From assembly GCA_028023455.1 (NCBI GenBank), contig JAQFVV010000001.1, positions 20,646,001-20,710,000 on the forward strand: a stretch of 64,000 bases of DNA. Direction: 5' to 3'. The notes below the pieces were generated by a model, which saw only the letters and a list, made by a program, of their open reading frames with translations, was not told the DNA's origin and ran no database searches. Below are positions 13,001-28,162 of this stretch, piece by piece (positions within the stretch are counted from its first letter, which is position 1; every line of letters starts with the position of its first letter). This DNA comes from Epiperipatus broadwayi. Lineage: Eukaryota > Animalia > Onychophora. Made by a program: the position numbers and the translations under genes.

Positions 13001-16000
13001 CACATTATCACAGCAGCCCTTCTCAAATAAGTATGGCCATTCCAATCCCAAAAGAAAAAATACATAGACAAAATATACAAACTGATCTTTAAACTAAAAA
13101 TATGTCCTCATATAGAGCACATAGTGCATTATTCAGTTCATTTAATATTTTGTAAAAGTCTTTTAACTTCTGCAGCAAACTTTTTTCTAAATGTTTTAAC
13201 AACTTATCTAATTGAACCTTTCCAATGTATTTTATCCTTAACCATATCTTCACAATAAAAACCATCAACAATGCACTTCTTTATAATTTCTTTGATGTAA
13301 TCATTATAATATAAACAGGACCAAACTCTCCTAAGAAAACCATGCTCAACTTCAATGTAAACTATTTTTTAGAAAGTCTTGTATGTTCAATTCAATAAAG
13401 ACATGATTTTATAATAACTCTATAGACTTTTAAAAAATCCAAATCTCTTAATATTTATATTTTGAATTTATTTTGTAGAATTTTTTATTTTTAAAACAAA
13501 ACTTTATTATATAAACTTCACTGAACCAGTGATTATCTTGCTTATTATTAGATATTAAATATAAAAAATATGAAAGATTTTATAAAAAAAATAATTCAGA
13601 GTATTTAAAAGTTAAAAATGGAAAGCTGTATCTTAATTGCAACTGAAAATATATATATATTTCTAACACTCACCCTGATATATAAGTCATTCCATATAAA
13701 TTCTTTTAAAGATAGTCATAATCCTAGATTGTACATTTATTCAGATGATCTATTTTAGGGTTATAAGAAGAAATCATTATGTCATGGAATATTACAATAT
13801 CTTTAATCTATTTATTCAAATATAAAACATTCTCACAAATATGTTAAATTCTATGTTCAAAAGCAGATGACTAGTCAATATATCTAGAGAAAATACTTGT
13901 ATCTTTATTGATGATAGTCTACTGATAATTCTGATATCTTATACATAAATAATATATAATAAGAATGCATTAATATCAAGATATATAAATAAAAATAGTT
14001 TGTATTTATCAAAATCATCTATTAATTCATAGGTTCCAAAATAGATATTTAGATAATGATATTAAAATGCATCTTTCATTACATTTTTACTAAAATTTTA
14101 CAAATTAATAATTAAATCTTCTTTCTTTTTAATATTTTCTTTTATATATGTCTATACAATATTTAAGTAAAACTGAAATTTAAAAAACATACATTAATTT
14201 ATTCTCAATTTTGTCTTTTGCATAGAATTAAAATACAGTGCAAAACTATTATTGTGTCATAAAATTTTTTCACAGTGCCATATAAATTTAAGACATCAAA
14301 TTTTCAATAATAGTTTAAATTCTGCTCTTCTTTCTGGTTTTATTAGTACAATTTAAGTTTTAGTTTTTTATACATAGTAACTTTTAAATAGTTAGATTAC
14401 TTGATGATAATAATTGATTACATATGCATCTCAATAACTTCTTTAGCAGTTTCTATTAGACTACAAATACACATTTTTATTTTGAATATTTTACTACTGA
14501 GTTTTTATTTTCTATTATATCTCTGTTATATTTTCTTAAAGTTCAGAATGATTCCAATTTTCTAAAAACATTAAAATATATAAAATTGCAAAATAAATAT
14601 CTTAAAGTTTGAAGTTGAAATTAAACTATACATTGATATATATTTTTTAAATAGATTTTCACAGATAGATTTAAATGTTACAAATTTAATAATAATTCTC
14701 TACATATTTTTTGGTATAATTTCAGCTTGCAATGCCTGTTTTCAATTGATGCTTTGCTTCATTCTATCATAACTGAAAATTATTTATTAAAATACATATA
14801 GAAAACTTGTTAAATTTCTAACATTTAAATATACTGTAATGGTAGGTTGGGAAGAGCAAAATAAAAAGAAAGTTTGTGTGCAAAAATCAAATAAATAGAC
14901 ACACTTTCTCTTGAAGTTTTCATAGGTTGATTATGCTACAATTTATTATAGGGTAATCTTTTATTCATTCAAATGTAAATAAATTTAAATAAAAATGAAA
15001 TTAGCATTCAATATAATGAGAAATAAAGTCATCTACACAAAATTAGAATAAAATAATAATTTGAGATAGCTTTATATTGTATTATCAAATGTAATGGGAA
15101 GTGATTTGGATAAACTGTAATTGCATAAATGTTAAATTCAGTATATTCCAAATCCAATGTAAATAAATGGAATTTGATCAATTTTTAGATCTACAGATTT
15201 AATAATACAAATATGCACTTTGCATATACGTTTTATCTCTGCTTTAATGTCAAAAAAACTGCATGATATTTCACACCTGGTTTTCAAGTTATTGATGTTA
15301 ATCAAACCAAGTACTATGTAATATTAGACTTCTTCATTAAAAAGTTCTTTATAATTTCAATTCCAGGTGTCATCTAATCATAAAATTCTAGAACAAAGAA
15401 ATAATATATGAAAGATAACTTTAATTTGTATTGATTCAAGGTGCATGCCATGATAATAAATACCACTTTCTGATAAAGAACTATTCTTCATACCTTAGTC
15501 AAAACCTTTCCACATTTGTAGTAGGTTTGCCATTATAGATTTTGATTAATAGCTCACAAGAAAGCATAGACAGTGAGTATAATGTCATCTCACAAACTTG
15601 CCTTTTTTTTATTAAAAATGTGAAAAAATATTTGAGAATCAAACTAAAGTAAAAACAGGCTAAGTTAATTAATTAACATCATATTAAAATAAGAAACACA
15701 AATAACAAAAATATTGATATATAAAAGTCATGATTATATAGAGATTTGAACAAACACAAATCATGATATGCTTTTGTCATATTATTAAATATTAATTTAA
15801 TCTCTTAACTAATTATATTACTGCCTACCAACAGGATCAAACTCAATTCCACTATAAAAAAAAAAAAAACTTTCTATCTAACACACAAGAATATACTATA
15901 AATAAAATTATTTTCATTAAAAACAATAACAAATAAATTTCTTACATATTACTATTAAGTACTTACATACCATATGAAATGAACATAGTTTAGCAATTCT

Positions 16001-18536
16001 TTAATTGATCTCTTTTTTACTTGACTTTGAAAGTTCATTATAAGTTTCTAATTTCAATAATTTCTGCAAAAGTCATCTTTATAGTTGATTTTGCAATTTG
16101 ATTTGTAGATTTTCTTGGTAATTTTATACCATTTTTTTTTTTTTTGTAGCAAAATATTTTTTAGTAAGACAAATAACTGGCAGTTTTCAAATTTTATGCT
16201 ATATTTATTAAAGCATGTCATCAATCTCTTCTAAACACTACATGACTTGGAGATGATGGTGGGCATACATTTAGTAGCCTTAGTCAATCATCTTAAGGAA
16301 GTTATAAGCATAATCATGGCTTTCATCATAGCCATTGAATTACAAGTATTTTCCTTCCTGATGGCTAGCAATCCTTTATTTATATGACTTTGCTATGAAA
16401 ATTAATGTCTGTTGTCAGATGACTAGCTGCTAGCCTTTAATCTTTGCTAATGTGAATTAATTTGTTTTTTATTTAAGACTTCAAATTGCTTTTTATAGTT
16501 TTTTCAAACTCCATTTTTTCCACACATCAAAAGTTAAGCACAGAATGTACTTTCAAAACATTCAGACTCTTTTGTAAATAAGACTTTGTTTCTTGCAACA
16601 AAATAATTTTAAACATTTTCAAAGATATATATATAATATTTTGCTTAAATTTTCAGTCATGTTATATAAAATTTTATAATAAATTTGACTCTCTTTTACT
16701 AGTACCCCCCAAAAAAACTCTACTTTTTAAATTAATATATTCAGCAATTGCATTTTCTAATTGACCATCCTTTCCTTTAAAAACTAAAGCTATGTGTAAA
16801 CACAAAAAGTGATAACCCTGCCTAGGCAATAAGGCTGGAATTTCTAGCTAAATAGCTTTTATGAATGGATTCTAACATTTAATATAAATTTATATAATAC
16901 ATATACTTGACATGTGCAAACAAATATTTCAATTTCCAGCTTTGAATCATTCCAAAAGTTACCTTTATATCCCTCTTTTTTACAGAGTCAAGATGCTCTT
17001 AATACTAAATTAGTAAAATGTAAAAATTACTCAAACATTATACATTTTTTAACATTCAATTGATAGCAACCAAATAGGTTGGCTAACAACAGATTGTGAA
17101 TATTCCACAGACTATTATCCAGTGAATTATGTTTAAAAAACAGTATGTTATTGGTAATTTAAGGTTTTTTAAACATATATATTTTAAAAGCATGTATTTG
17201 TATAGTACAAATGAGTATATGCTGGTTGTAGTTACTTTTTATTTAATTTTCATGACTACATTGATATATTAAAAAATTTTACCAATGCTTATTATTTTAA
17301 AACTCTGCAGTAAAATAGACTCTCTATTGACATCTAATTAGATCTCTCATATCAATGTTTATCTTTTTTATCAAATAGAAAAAATCTCCTGGACTAAATA
17401 AAAGTAATATGTAATCACATTCCTTATATATATATACATATATTATAATGAGGTGGTCTGATTACATGTGAGGTATATATGTGATCATGTCCAACAATTG
17501 GCTGTGCCAGATATAATGGGACAGAATATATATATGTGATTCATGCTCAACAACTCATGGTTTTCAAACTGCAAGCATTTAACTATGGTCACTCAAAGGG
17601 TATACACATGATATGGCAAGTCAGTTATTTGATTATTTATCTAAGTTTTAGGAAGTACTCCCATGATGATTAATGATTGAGTGGGATGAGGTTCACATTG
17701 CACAACTTCCCTTACTTCATCTCTTTTGATCCTCATTATGCCACAGAAATGTATATGTACTCTATTTCAAGGTATGATTATTCCATACCTGATATGTGAT
17801 TGATTGGAAAATAGAAAAATCAAATAACTAATTTGATTCAATATTTAATATTTAACAAATTTTGATGATGCTCACTATTTAACGTTTAATGATTGTAAGG
17901 GCATGATCATCCTTCATTTATATTCATTAACCATTTATTAACTCATAATCCATACGAAGGATGGTCATTCCCCATTCCAATTTAACAAACTCAAACTTAC
18001 ATTGAAGACAATTTGAAACTATATTTTAACAATTAACTCTTTGATGACTGAAATTCCATAAAATCATTTGGTCAATAATTTCTACCCTGCCTATCTATAT
18101 TTTGAGATTTGTTGAGAACTGCTTATAGATCCTGATTGCCCTCCTATTCTGGTGTTATATAGACCTATGACAGGATAGACCAATCATTCAAGGGTTAGTC
18201 ATACATTCTCAATAACAAATCTAATAAATAAGTTAATTAAATACAAACATTGAACACAAAAAATATTGTAACTGTCCAAGTGTGAGTGCTTAATATTGAA
18301 TAAGATTGAAGTCTCACCTTTCAAATCAGTAGAATAACATACCAATTGGCAAGCAAGTTGGGAATCTGCCCCTAAATTTTATTATTAAATGAAAAGTAAA
18401 AAAAAAAAAAATGAATTGATAGCTGCCCTCCCTCTAAAATAATTGACGGTTGGATGGATTAACTCTCTGTTTCAAAAGAAAGAAACCAATTTAACTAACA
18501 AAATAAGAATAAATATATACATATACATAAGTATAA

Positions 18537-18852
18537 TGTGGGGTGTTAATCCAGTGTAGTCTAGCCATAGTTCAAAACCTTGTAATCCACATTGTGAAAC
18601 CTGTGAACACTCTTGCTCTTAGTAAAGTTCCTTTGCATAAACTAAATGGTAGTCCATCAGATAGCCATCAGTCTCCACATAGGTCTCTATGTTGGTGACT
18701 CAGACTCTTATAATCTATCTTTCCTATGCTGAGATCATTTCTTTGCTTGATTGTAGCATGTGGTAGATCTTTTGCTATCATGGTTGTCATGATGTTAATT
18801 TGGAATGATATCAGAAACTCTTGGCTGTAAGACAGGCGGCTTCATCCCCCAC
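18537..18852. mobile_element. Possible solo LTR
   Basis: GC-richer ~316-bp block bounded by inverted termini tgtggggtg / catccccacg. No TSD found. Confidence 0.25.
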
Positions 18853-19799
18853 GGTGTTTTATTACTTCTTAGCCACACATTATTTGTTCTTTTCTAGCTT
18901 ATAACTCACGTTAAAAACATAAGCTTTATAGAATTAAGGTGGGTCCTTTAATCAACTTCCTCAAATTGCAATTGTAGTGGTTTATGAATTTCAATAGTAA
19001 GGATAGCTAATATGACGAATAAATTGATTTTAAGAATTTATCAAATATCTTTTCTTGACAATCTTCCTTTTTTTTCTTAAAAAGAACAAAAGTGTTCTAT
19101 CTTGTCTTATGTTCTCATTTTTTTTAGATCGCGATTTTCAAGTTTGCACTTTGCTTTCATTGTTAAAGTCACTTCGATCTTTTTATAATTTTATGCTGGA
19201 TTAGTAATAATAATAAAAAAACAATTTAACATTAATAATTTCTTTCTTTTATTTTTTTGAGACTTTTACTTGCTTGCGTTTAAGGATTTGGTATATATAA
19301 ATTAGTATTGTCAACAATATAAGTTTGACTGACAATTTTGCACAGACATAATAACTTATGATCAATAATATGCCTTTGATTGTGTTAGTAGATTAAGTCT
19401 TTATGATGTATGTGTGAGTGGTAATTTTTGTGTGGTCGGTTTAATGTACACTCACAATATATATATATATGTTTTCAAATAATAAATTTGTAAACTGATA
19501 GTTAATCAAGTAGTAAGATTCAACTTCAGGTTAATAAAAATTTCCAATAACATGTCTGATGTAAATCTCCATTATTTTTTATTCAATTGTTGTATACATT
19601 CTTATAAATAATATATGTAATTTTGAAAGTAATTAAGATGAAGATTAATGATTTTAAATATTTAAAAAACTTTTATTAAATCATGAGTCTTTTTCTGACA
19701 AGAAAAGAAATTGCAAAATTAGTGATACAAATTATGTACATAGAAAAAAAAATTTTATATATAGTAACTAAAGGCCATATATATCAAAAAAAGAAAAAA

Positions 19800-20520
19800 A
19801 AATTATACCATTTACAACTTTCTTAACACTTTATCAATACTATTTATTTATATCAAAACCAATAGTTTTGACTGTCCTGCAGTCATCATCAGAGCTACTA
19901 TATTCAAATTTATAATTAATACACTTATATACATATTCATATACATAATTAAATACACAAAATAAAACAAAAATAAAATATACATTTTAACCTGACCATT
20001 ATAAATAATCGTTTTCCATTCTATTACTTTACTCTTAAATAATTCTATCCACATTTATTTTATATCACTTTATTTTATTTTTTAAAAAAATTATTTATTA
20101 CAATTATAAAACTTTAACATTTATTCTACTATTTGATACATATTATTGTTGTTTTACTTACACTATAAATCAACTTCTAACCTTTTCTTATTTTTATTAA
20201 ATATTTTATAATTATCAATTAACTTTTCCCACATTACAAATTACATTTTTACATTACAAAAATCATCTACCTCTTTACAACCTATTTCTAAAAACCCAAC
20301 TGACAAAATTTTCAAAATTTGTACACTTGTTTAACACCTCCCTCTATCATCATTTTCTTCAACTTTATTCTTTTAACCTTTTTCAAATTCAAACTATTAT
20401 TAATAATAATTGCTTATAAAATTATTGCCTTTATCCTAAAATCCCTAAGATTTGGTTTTATATTCTTAATCAATATTGCCTCTTTAATTTTCCTATCCCT
20501 TTTATTATTTGTATAATTGA
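19800..20520 (-). mobile_element. PLE 3' fragment (GIY-YIG end, 3' tail, hammerhead motif)
   Basis: Minus-strand translation NNKRDRKIKEAILIKNIKPNLRD at ~20430-20510, followed by a T/G-skewed tail ending in a hammerhead motif. Confidence 0.7.
19857..19896 (-). ncRNA. Minimal type-I hammerhead ribozyme motif (decayed)
   Basis: agct CTGATGA t GACTG cagga CAGTC AAAAC tatt ggtt: intact core and perfect 5-bp stem II. GAAA to AAAA is explicable by CpG deamination. Confidence 0.7.
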
Positions 20521-23500
20521 TAATTTTTATACTAACTTTCTCAAACCTATGGCCTGTTTCCAATGAATGCAAATAAATGTGATCTTTTATCATATTTATG
20601 TTGAATTAATCTTATATAAATTGAATTCTTTGTTTCTCCTACATAATTAGTTTTTATAGTTTTTACCTTTATTTATATGAGAAACTGCTATCTTTAATAT
20701 TACAACCAGAAGACAGTTTTCATGAGGAAGAAATACAATAAAATGGCAGTGTTCAAAAATTACAAGTTATATGCAACATATTTGACAAAAAAACTCCTAT
20801 TAGTTAAAAAATTATATACAAGAAAATTCATCACCCAATGGTTAATAAAACTCCAATAAAATTTAAATAAAATCTAAATAAAATGTGTATACACATTGAT
20901 TAAATATTATATAAAGAACAAATCAAAATATATACATATTGACAATAATCAATTTTTTTTGCCCCACTTTTTTAAGTAAAAGAAATTAGCTTTGATGATT
21001 TCCCAAGAATGTTTTATCATAATATGTATAATCAAAACAATTGTTATTTAATTAAAGATTATCACACAGCCATTATTTCTTTTAAAATATGTATAGTAAT
21101 AGCTTCAAATGTGCAGAAAAGTCTAAAACTTTATATGAGATAAAAAATAAAAACTTCCTTTAATAAAAAAAAGGTTCCTTGAAAATCCTCTAACATGGCA
21201 ATTATTAAATTTCTATAAGATTTAAATATAGTGACATGTTATTAAATGTGCCTTAAAATCATTAACAAAATTTCCATATATTTTTGAAAGAAGATTCTTA
21301 TACTCCATTACAAAATCAAAAGAATTTGCTAATTTTTCAAACAAAAAAAAAAAAATCAATCAATATTTTAATCATTCTTTCCAATTTTTTTTTAAATAAA
21401 AAAAAATAGATTAATACATAAATATTAATTCATTAAATTTAGTTTTCAATGCAGTGAAATTTTAAAAATAGATATTAATAAATACTGCTCTAGTGAATAT
21501 TACTGATATATTACTGAGAAAATATTTTTAAATATTGTAAGCTTTATATTACTCTGTATGATGTTTTTCTATTTAACTTTAATTATATTATTAAAAAAAA
21601 AAAAAAAAAATTAATTTGTGATACATCATTCTTACATTGAGTTAACAGAAGCATATTCCGTGATCTGTTCTAGGATTTGCATTGCATATTATTATACTTT
21701 TAATTTATCTTTAAGAAAATTAATCTGCTCTAGAGCTGACCACTTTGCAGATATATTTCTGCTTGTTCATTTTTTTTTAATAAAGTGACATAAATAATTG
21801 AAGATTTAAACATCATATTAACATATTTGATGATAGGCATAGTTCTTCTGCTTCTATTTCCTCCATACAGATGGAATAATCTAAGTCTGAAAACAAGTTC
21901 TACTCTTGCTTGCTCTCTATTTCATTACTAATATAACAAAATATTGATTGATAAATTTGAAGACCAAAGACAACAATAATAATCTTTAAATGAATAAGCT
22001 GCTAAATAATGTATTTAGTATTTCATTAGAGTTATTATTTCTAAAATCATTACAAAATTAAAATTACTGTAAAATAATTGATTAATTAGTTGCTTGGGAG
22101 GTCATAAAATATATGAACATCAGAAGTGACAGATTTAAATTCAATTCATGAATCTTTAGCTATTGAACCTGTGACATATTAATGCACTAAACAGCGCTGT
22201 GCATCAGAAATATTTAGAAATGCTCAATATTAATATTTATAGTTATCATAAACTTTAGATTTTTACAGAAATGTATAGAAATGAAAAACGCAATAAATAC
22301 ATATAGTTAAACAGGGTGGCAGATACATGAACAAACAGATAGATAAAGATATTAGACTATCAAGTGAATATATAGTTAGATAAACATGCAGGCAGATATA
22401 CAAATGAATAGATAAATAAGTGTTGATCTTTACATTTAAAATATAAAACATTTTTTTCAAAAGTTTTTTTTTTTTTAATGTATTTCTGAAACTTGATAAA
22501 TTATTTACGTTATTCGTTCTTTACTAAAAATAAATTTTATATAACAGTGCTAATTATTTTCGAACATCTGTTGTTGGTCTCAAATAAAAACTGTGCTATA
22601 AATTTAAAATCATTTTTGAGAAGTATATGAGAATTTAAATATAAAATTTAAAAAAATTAAAACCATTAATTTTCACTTTTCTTTCTTTTTTTAGCTCGTC
22701 AACCAACAAAATTTTCAAAAAATGATTACAGTTATTAAAAAGAACTACAAAAAAGTGACAATTCATATTAAGGTAAATGATACATGTTAGTTTACTTTTC
22801 AAAATCAAAATCAAGCACATATATTTATGCTTCTTTTTCACATTTAAAACATTCTTTGCATTTTTTTATATATTTTTAGAATAACTTATAAAAGTGTATA
22901 TGTTTTAGCAAACTTTTTATTAATCAAATTTCATTAAAATAAAATGCTAAGAAACTTCAATATTTTACTCATATTCAATTAATGTTATTTTAGACACAAG
23001 AAAGTGCTGGGTCAAACTAAAAAAATTCATATATAACTACAACATAATAAACTAATAAATAAAACAATAAAATGAACACTGCAATATTAAAATGTTTTAA
23101 ATAAAAAAATTTACTTTAATTATAGCACATTTTTTAAAAAAAATAAAAGTATAAAATAATATTATAGTGACCTTTTTATTTAAAATTGAAGAAAATTTAA
23201 AACCAAAATGAAAATAAAGAAAATTTTGTAATACAAAAACAGTTCCATCAGAATCTTCATAATAGGCACTATAGATACCAATCAATAAAAAAAAATTTTC
23301 TTTATAATAATAGTGAATACTAAAATTTATTTTTAAAAAAATATGACTATTATTCATCGTTTTTATCAGCATCATCTTTAATCTATCAATCAGTGTAATT
23401 TTACTGATTTTTTTATCGTAAAAAAAATGTTCAGTTCAGTCCATAAATTGTAGCCATTTTATTAAGACAATTTCAATGACTTTACTATTTCTAATTCTAG

Positions 23501-26500
23501 GATGTTTTCTTTATTTAAATATATACTGTTTTTATTATTTGACCATTCTTTAAATATTGGATAAAGTACAACAGACAATTTCACCTAATGCAGTTGTGAA
23601 AGTGACAGATTTAAGAAGTAAATTTTTATAACTTAAATCATAACAAAAAGCATACTTCTATATACAAGAGCAATAGGTTCATTTCTGTTCTCACTTCACC
23701 ACAAAAAATGTTCTAAACAGGCATAATAATTGTGGCATGACACATATTCTTTATATAGTGAAATGTGTTAGTTTTTTTGTTTCAACTTTATATCTGTGTA
23801 AAAAGGAAATCAAAATTTTATTCATTCTCAGGAACATTCACATTATGATTTATGATATAAACGAAGAATTAGAAGAGTACTATTTTCTGTTAAACATGAA
23901 TATTTCAGGGATCCAATATAGAAAATATCCATAATGATGAATTGCTATCTGAAGAGGTTTTCACTTTTTTAATATGGTTATAATTCTGGTCCATTGAACT
24001 ATTATTCACTTTTGATCTAACTTAGCTTAACCTTGAAATATTATTGTACTTTAAGAAACAAATCTAAAAATAAAACAAATCAATATTAAAAAATAAACTT
24101 TTAAGTTTCAAAATGAATTTAACATTTTTCTTATGTCACTTATTAAAAAATATTTAATTATTCTTAGCATTAAATAATTATTATAAAAATGAATATTATA
24201 TAGAAATTATTTTAATGCTATTTAATTAAATCATTAATGGTGAATGCCATTTTATGAATAAATAAAATATTTCACTCTCTTGAATGATTATATTCTTGGT
24301 TTGATTCCCAAGAATAATTGAGAAAATACCAACTTTTTAGTTATTCTTAAAATGAAAATGATACTTGACAAGATTATCAATATATTCATTTAAATAAATT
24401 ATATCTTACACATGTATAATCATTTGTTTGAGAGATCACATAGTATTTAAGCATTAAAGTGGCAGTCTCACAACTATTTTATTTGTCTAAGCACAGAATA
24501 TATTCAAGAATATTTTAATCTGTATTTACTATTCTATAACTTTACTAAACCACATAGGTACATAATATCTTCAATTAGCTACAAGACAATTTTAGTGTAA
24601 AAATAATACAATAGAAAAGATCTCTAACCATCTTACAACCAACCTATAAATAAATAAATTTAAATAAACACACCTATAAACAGTGCAATAAAATGCATGG
24701 TTACATAATCTAAATAAATTTAAACACTTGCTTGAACAGATTAATATATAGGCCTATTTATATTTTATTGTATTGTTAAATATGTACAATCATAATCAAG
24801 TACCATATAATAATAAAAAATTGTACTTTTTAATTTCCTATTCATATTGCATTAATTACTTTTCCATCTTACATTTAATAATTTATTGCTTCGCGATTTT
24901 CAGTTGGTATTGTTATCAATGGTAAACATAGAAATGACTGCAGATTACTTTGCCTTCCTTATACATTCATTCAGATAAATTTTATAAACCTGTTTGTAAA
25001 ATTATAATTAGAACTCAGGATGAGATATGAAAATATTGTGATTATTATATTTCCAAAAGGCATCATTTCATTTACAAAATTAATTTATTTAAATTCTCCT
25101 GTAGTTTAAAAAATAATTTGTGGCTGTATTTATTTCATTTACTTATAATTTTTTTTTTTTTTTTTAAATATTTTATAATACAGTATTTCGAATTTTATAC
25201 TTTTATTTAGCGTTATAACAATTGCTACAATATATCTTCAAAAATACTGAATAAAAGTTCAAAATGGTAACAAAATTAAATAAATATAATTTTAATTAAA
25301 TTAAATACAAAATTCTTTGTTTTTGTAAAGAATCTTCTGTACAATCAGAACTTATAATTTTTTTATCAATTCTTCAGAACTTCAAACATAATCCATTTGG
25401 GTTTAGTAGCTTCACTCTTTCAGCCAGAGTATATAGCCAATAAGGTAAGCTTAAGATCTCACTTTTAATTATGAATTATAATATTTGTAAGAAAGAGTAG
25501 CCAACATAATTCGATGTTTGTTTCTTTTTCAAAACAATTACAAGGAGAGTCAGTGATTCACTAAGATATTTATTGTATCTTTCTTATTTCATGAATTTAA
25601 AATAGTTTTAAGAATGTTTTGAAACTTGAGAGAATGATAAAGGATAAGAAATTCAAAGTGGGTGTCAGATTAAGATACTAATGTAATGACTATAGTATTG
25701 AAAAATTAAAATCAGATGAACATTAATCATTTTGGTAAGGTTGGGGATAGTTACATTTAAAAAATACTGAATGTAATGATAGATATTCAGAAGAATAGTG
25801 AATCGTATCTCAGCACTTTAGAAGATTAACAATCTTAGCATTTCTAATAATTATGGATTAAGTTAGAAGAACAACCATATTGAGCAAAGATTCACACACT
25901 CTCAATATGTCAAACTACTTATAAGAAATGAAAAGACCACAAGACTATCAACTGATAAAAGTTTAAGAATGTAAAAATTTCTGGTCATTTTGATTCTGCT
26001 TCTACCAGAGATCATAACATAAAGAAAAAAGATCAGACATTCTTACTTTTCAAAAGCATCTGTCGAAGGCAATGCTATAGAAAACAGACAAAAAAAATTG
26101 CAGTTATTTTTTATTGTTATTAATAACAAAGCAGATATTAAAATGTCATTTTGAGAATGCTGAAAATTTATTAGAATTTTTTTAAAAAAGGTTATGGAAA
26201 AGAGAGAAAAAGTTGAACATATAAGCTACTAAATATTTTCAGTGGATCACAAAGTTTGCTTACATGATTAATATAAGGCTCCTCATTCAAACATATGAAA
26301 TCAATGTTATATTAACTCAAAAATACAGATACATGATTTATACCAAAATCAATACTGTAGATGGAATGTAGAATATTTGGGTTTTTTTTTTTCAAAAATC
26401 CAAATATATGATAAAGATTCATGTTTGAAATATCGTAATAATGGACATCTTTAAAATTTATATATAATGTACAAATATTCAGTATAACAATTATATTTCC

Positions 26501-27656
26501 ACAAAATTGTTATATACATATACTTAATATAATAATCATCTAAATAAGGTTGAAATAAACAACTAATTAAATAATTGTAAATATAATTAGTTGTTTACTT
26601 CAAGTTATTTAGATTAATTATTATATCTTTAAAATTTTATTGGAGATAAAACAAAAAAAAGGCTAAAAATAAAATGAAAAAAACTGAATGGATAAGCCCT
26701 TATCTAATTAGTATAAGCTGCTAGAATAATTATATGAGATTATCAAAAAAACTTACACATGTGAAGTCGGTATTATAAAATAAACCAACTAGAGATAATT
26801 AACTTAAGAACAGTATGCTATATTTTCAGTGGATCACAAAGTTTGCTTATCTGATTAGTGTAAATCTTCTAAAATAATTAAGATATGAGGTCAAAAAAAT
26901 TTACTCAAACATGTGAGAACAGAGTTATTGAAAAATTGATTAGAGACATTAGTTCAAAGATAAGAAAGTCAGTACTATAATTGAAATATAATGTTCTTAA
27001 TTGTTCAAAATCCAACTATCTGACAATGGTTAAGTAGAAATACCATTATGAATATTTAGATACAAATAGGCAATTTCCTATTTTGCAATAGAAGAGATTT
27101 CTCTAAGATTTATTTAAGCATCATGTAGATATAGATTAGGAATATTTAAAAAGTCTCTAAAAACTCTCATAATTTTTTGCAATAATGTGTGTGGAGAGGT
27201 AAGGTTCTTAAAAGATCATGTGATAGAGTGAACATAACAGTTTCATTCAATGATCTGTAGTCAACTTTTATTTTTACTTTCCACATTTCGAAATCAATCT
27301 AGAAATCTTTTCATTCTTAAATTATTACGGTGATATACTATACAGTAAAAAATTTTCATTGGATCATACCAAAATATGAACTCAAATTAAAGGGAAACAA
27401 TAACTGAAGACCACTTTAAATTCCAAGTATATGTTTACAACTAATTTATATAACAAATAAATACCACATTCTGCAAAACATTAGTATATCTGTAAGATAT
27501 CATTGAGGATCTTGATTTTAATATGGATGAAGTGTTTGTTAAATTTAAAAAATTGTTAGCAATAAGTTTCAAATAATGCTATAATTAATTCAGAAAATAA
27601 TTATTCAAAGAAATAAATTTACAAAAATATCAAAAAACTTAGAGGAGCAGTTGAAA

Positions 27657-28162
27657 CAGTGCCATCCTTTGGATTTTGAGGCCCCGAGTACAAATATAAA
27701 GTGGGGGCCCCCAGTAAATAAAAAAGTGAATAAATAAATAAAATCTTTAATTTTTAATACAAGAAAGGAAAATATACAACATTTATTCTTATCTAAATAG
27801 TAATACTTAACTTATAACACATTAGTATTAAAAGAAAAGAAAAAAAAAATTAAAATACAACTTTATTTTCCTTGCTTTAATTTCAGCCAATTTATCTATT
27901 ATCTCACTTAAATTTAAGTCTTCCCATAATTTATTTTCTATGGAAAGCAATGTTAGGTTGGATAATATTTCTTCTGCCATTGTGGATCTTAAATATTTTT
28001 TTTATTATTTTAAACTTTGACAATCTACTTTTGGACTCAGTAGTAGTTATCAGAATTATTAATAAAATTCTTAAGATTATACTGCATTTCCTGTTTGGTG
28101 AATTTTTTAAGATGCTAGCCCCCAGGCATACACCCAGTTGACTGACCTTAGTGATGCTACTG
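27657..28162. mobile_element. Probable MITE with GC-rich subterminal motifs
   Basis: Imperfect TIRs cagtgccatcct / agtgatgctactg and subterminal gaggcccc, gtgggggccccc and gctagccccc around an AT-rich interior. No clear TSD. Confidence 0.45.
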
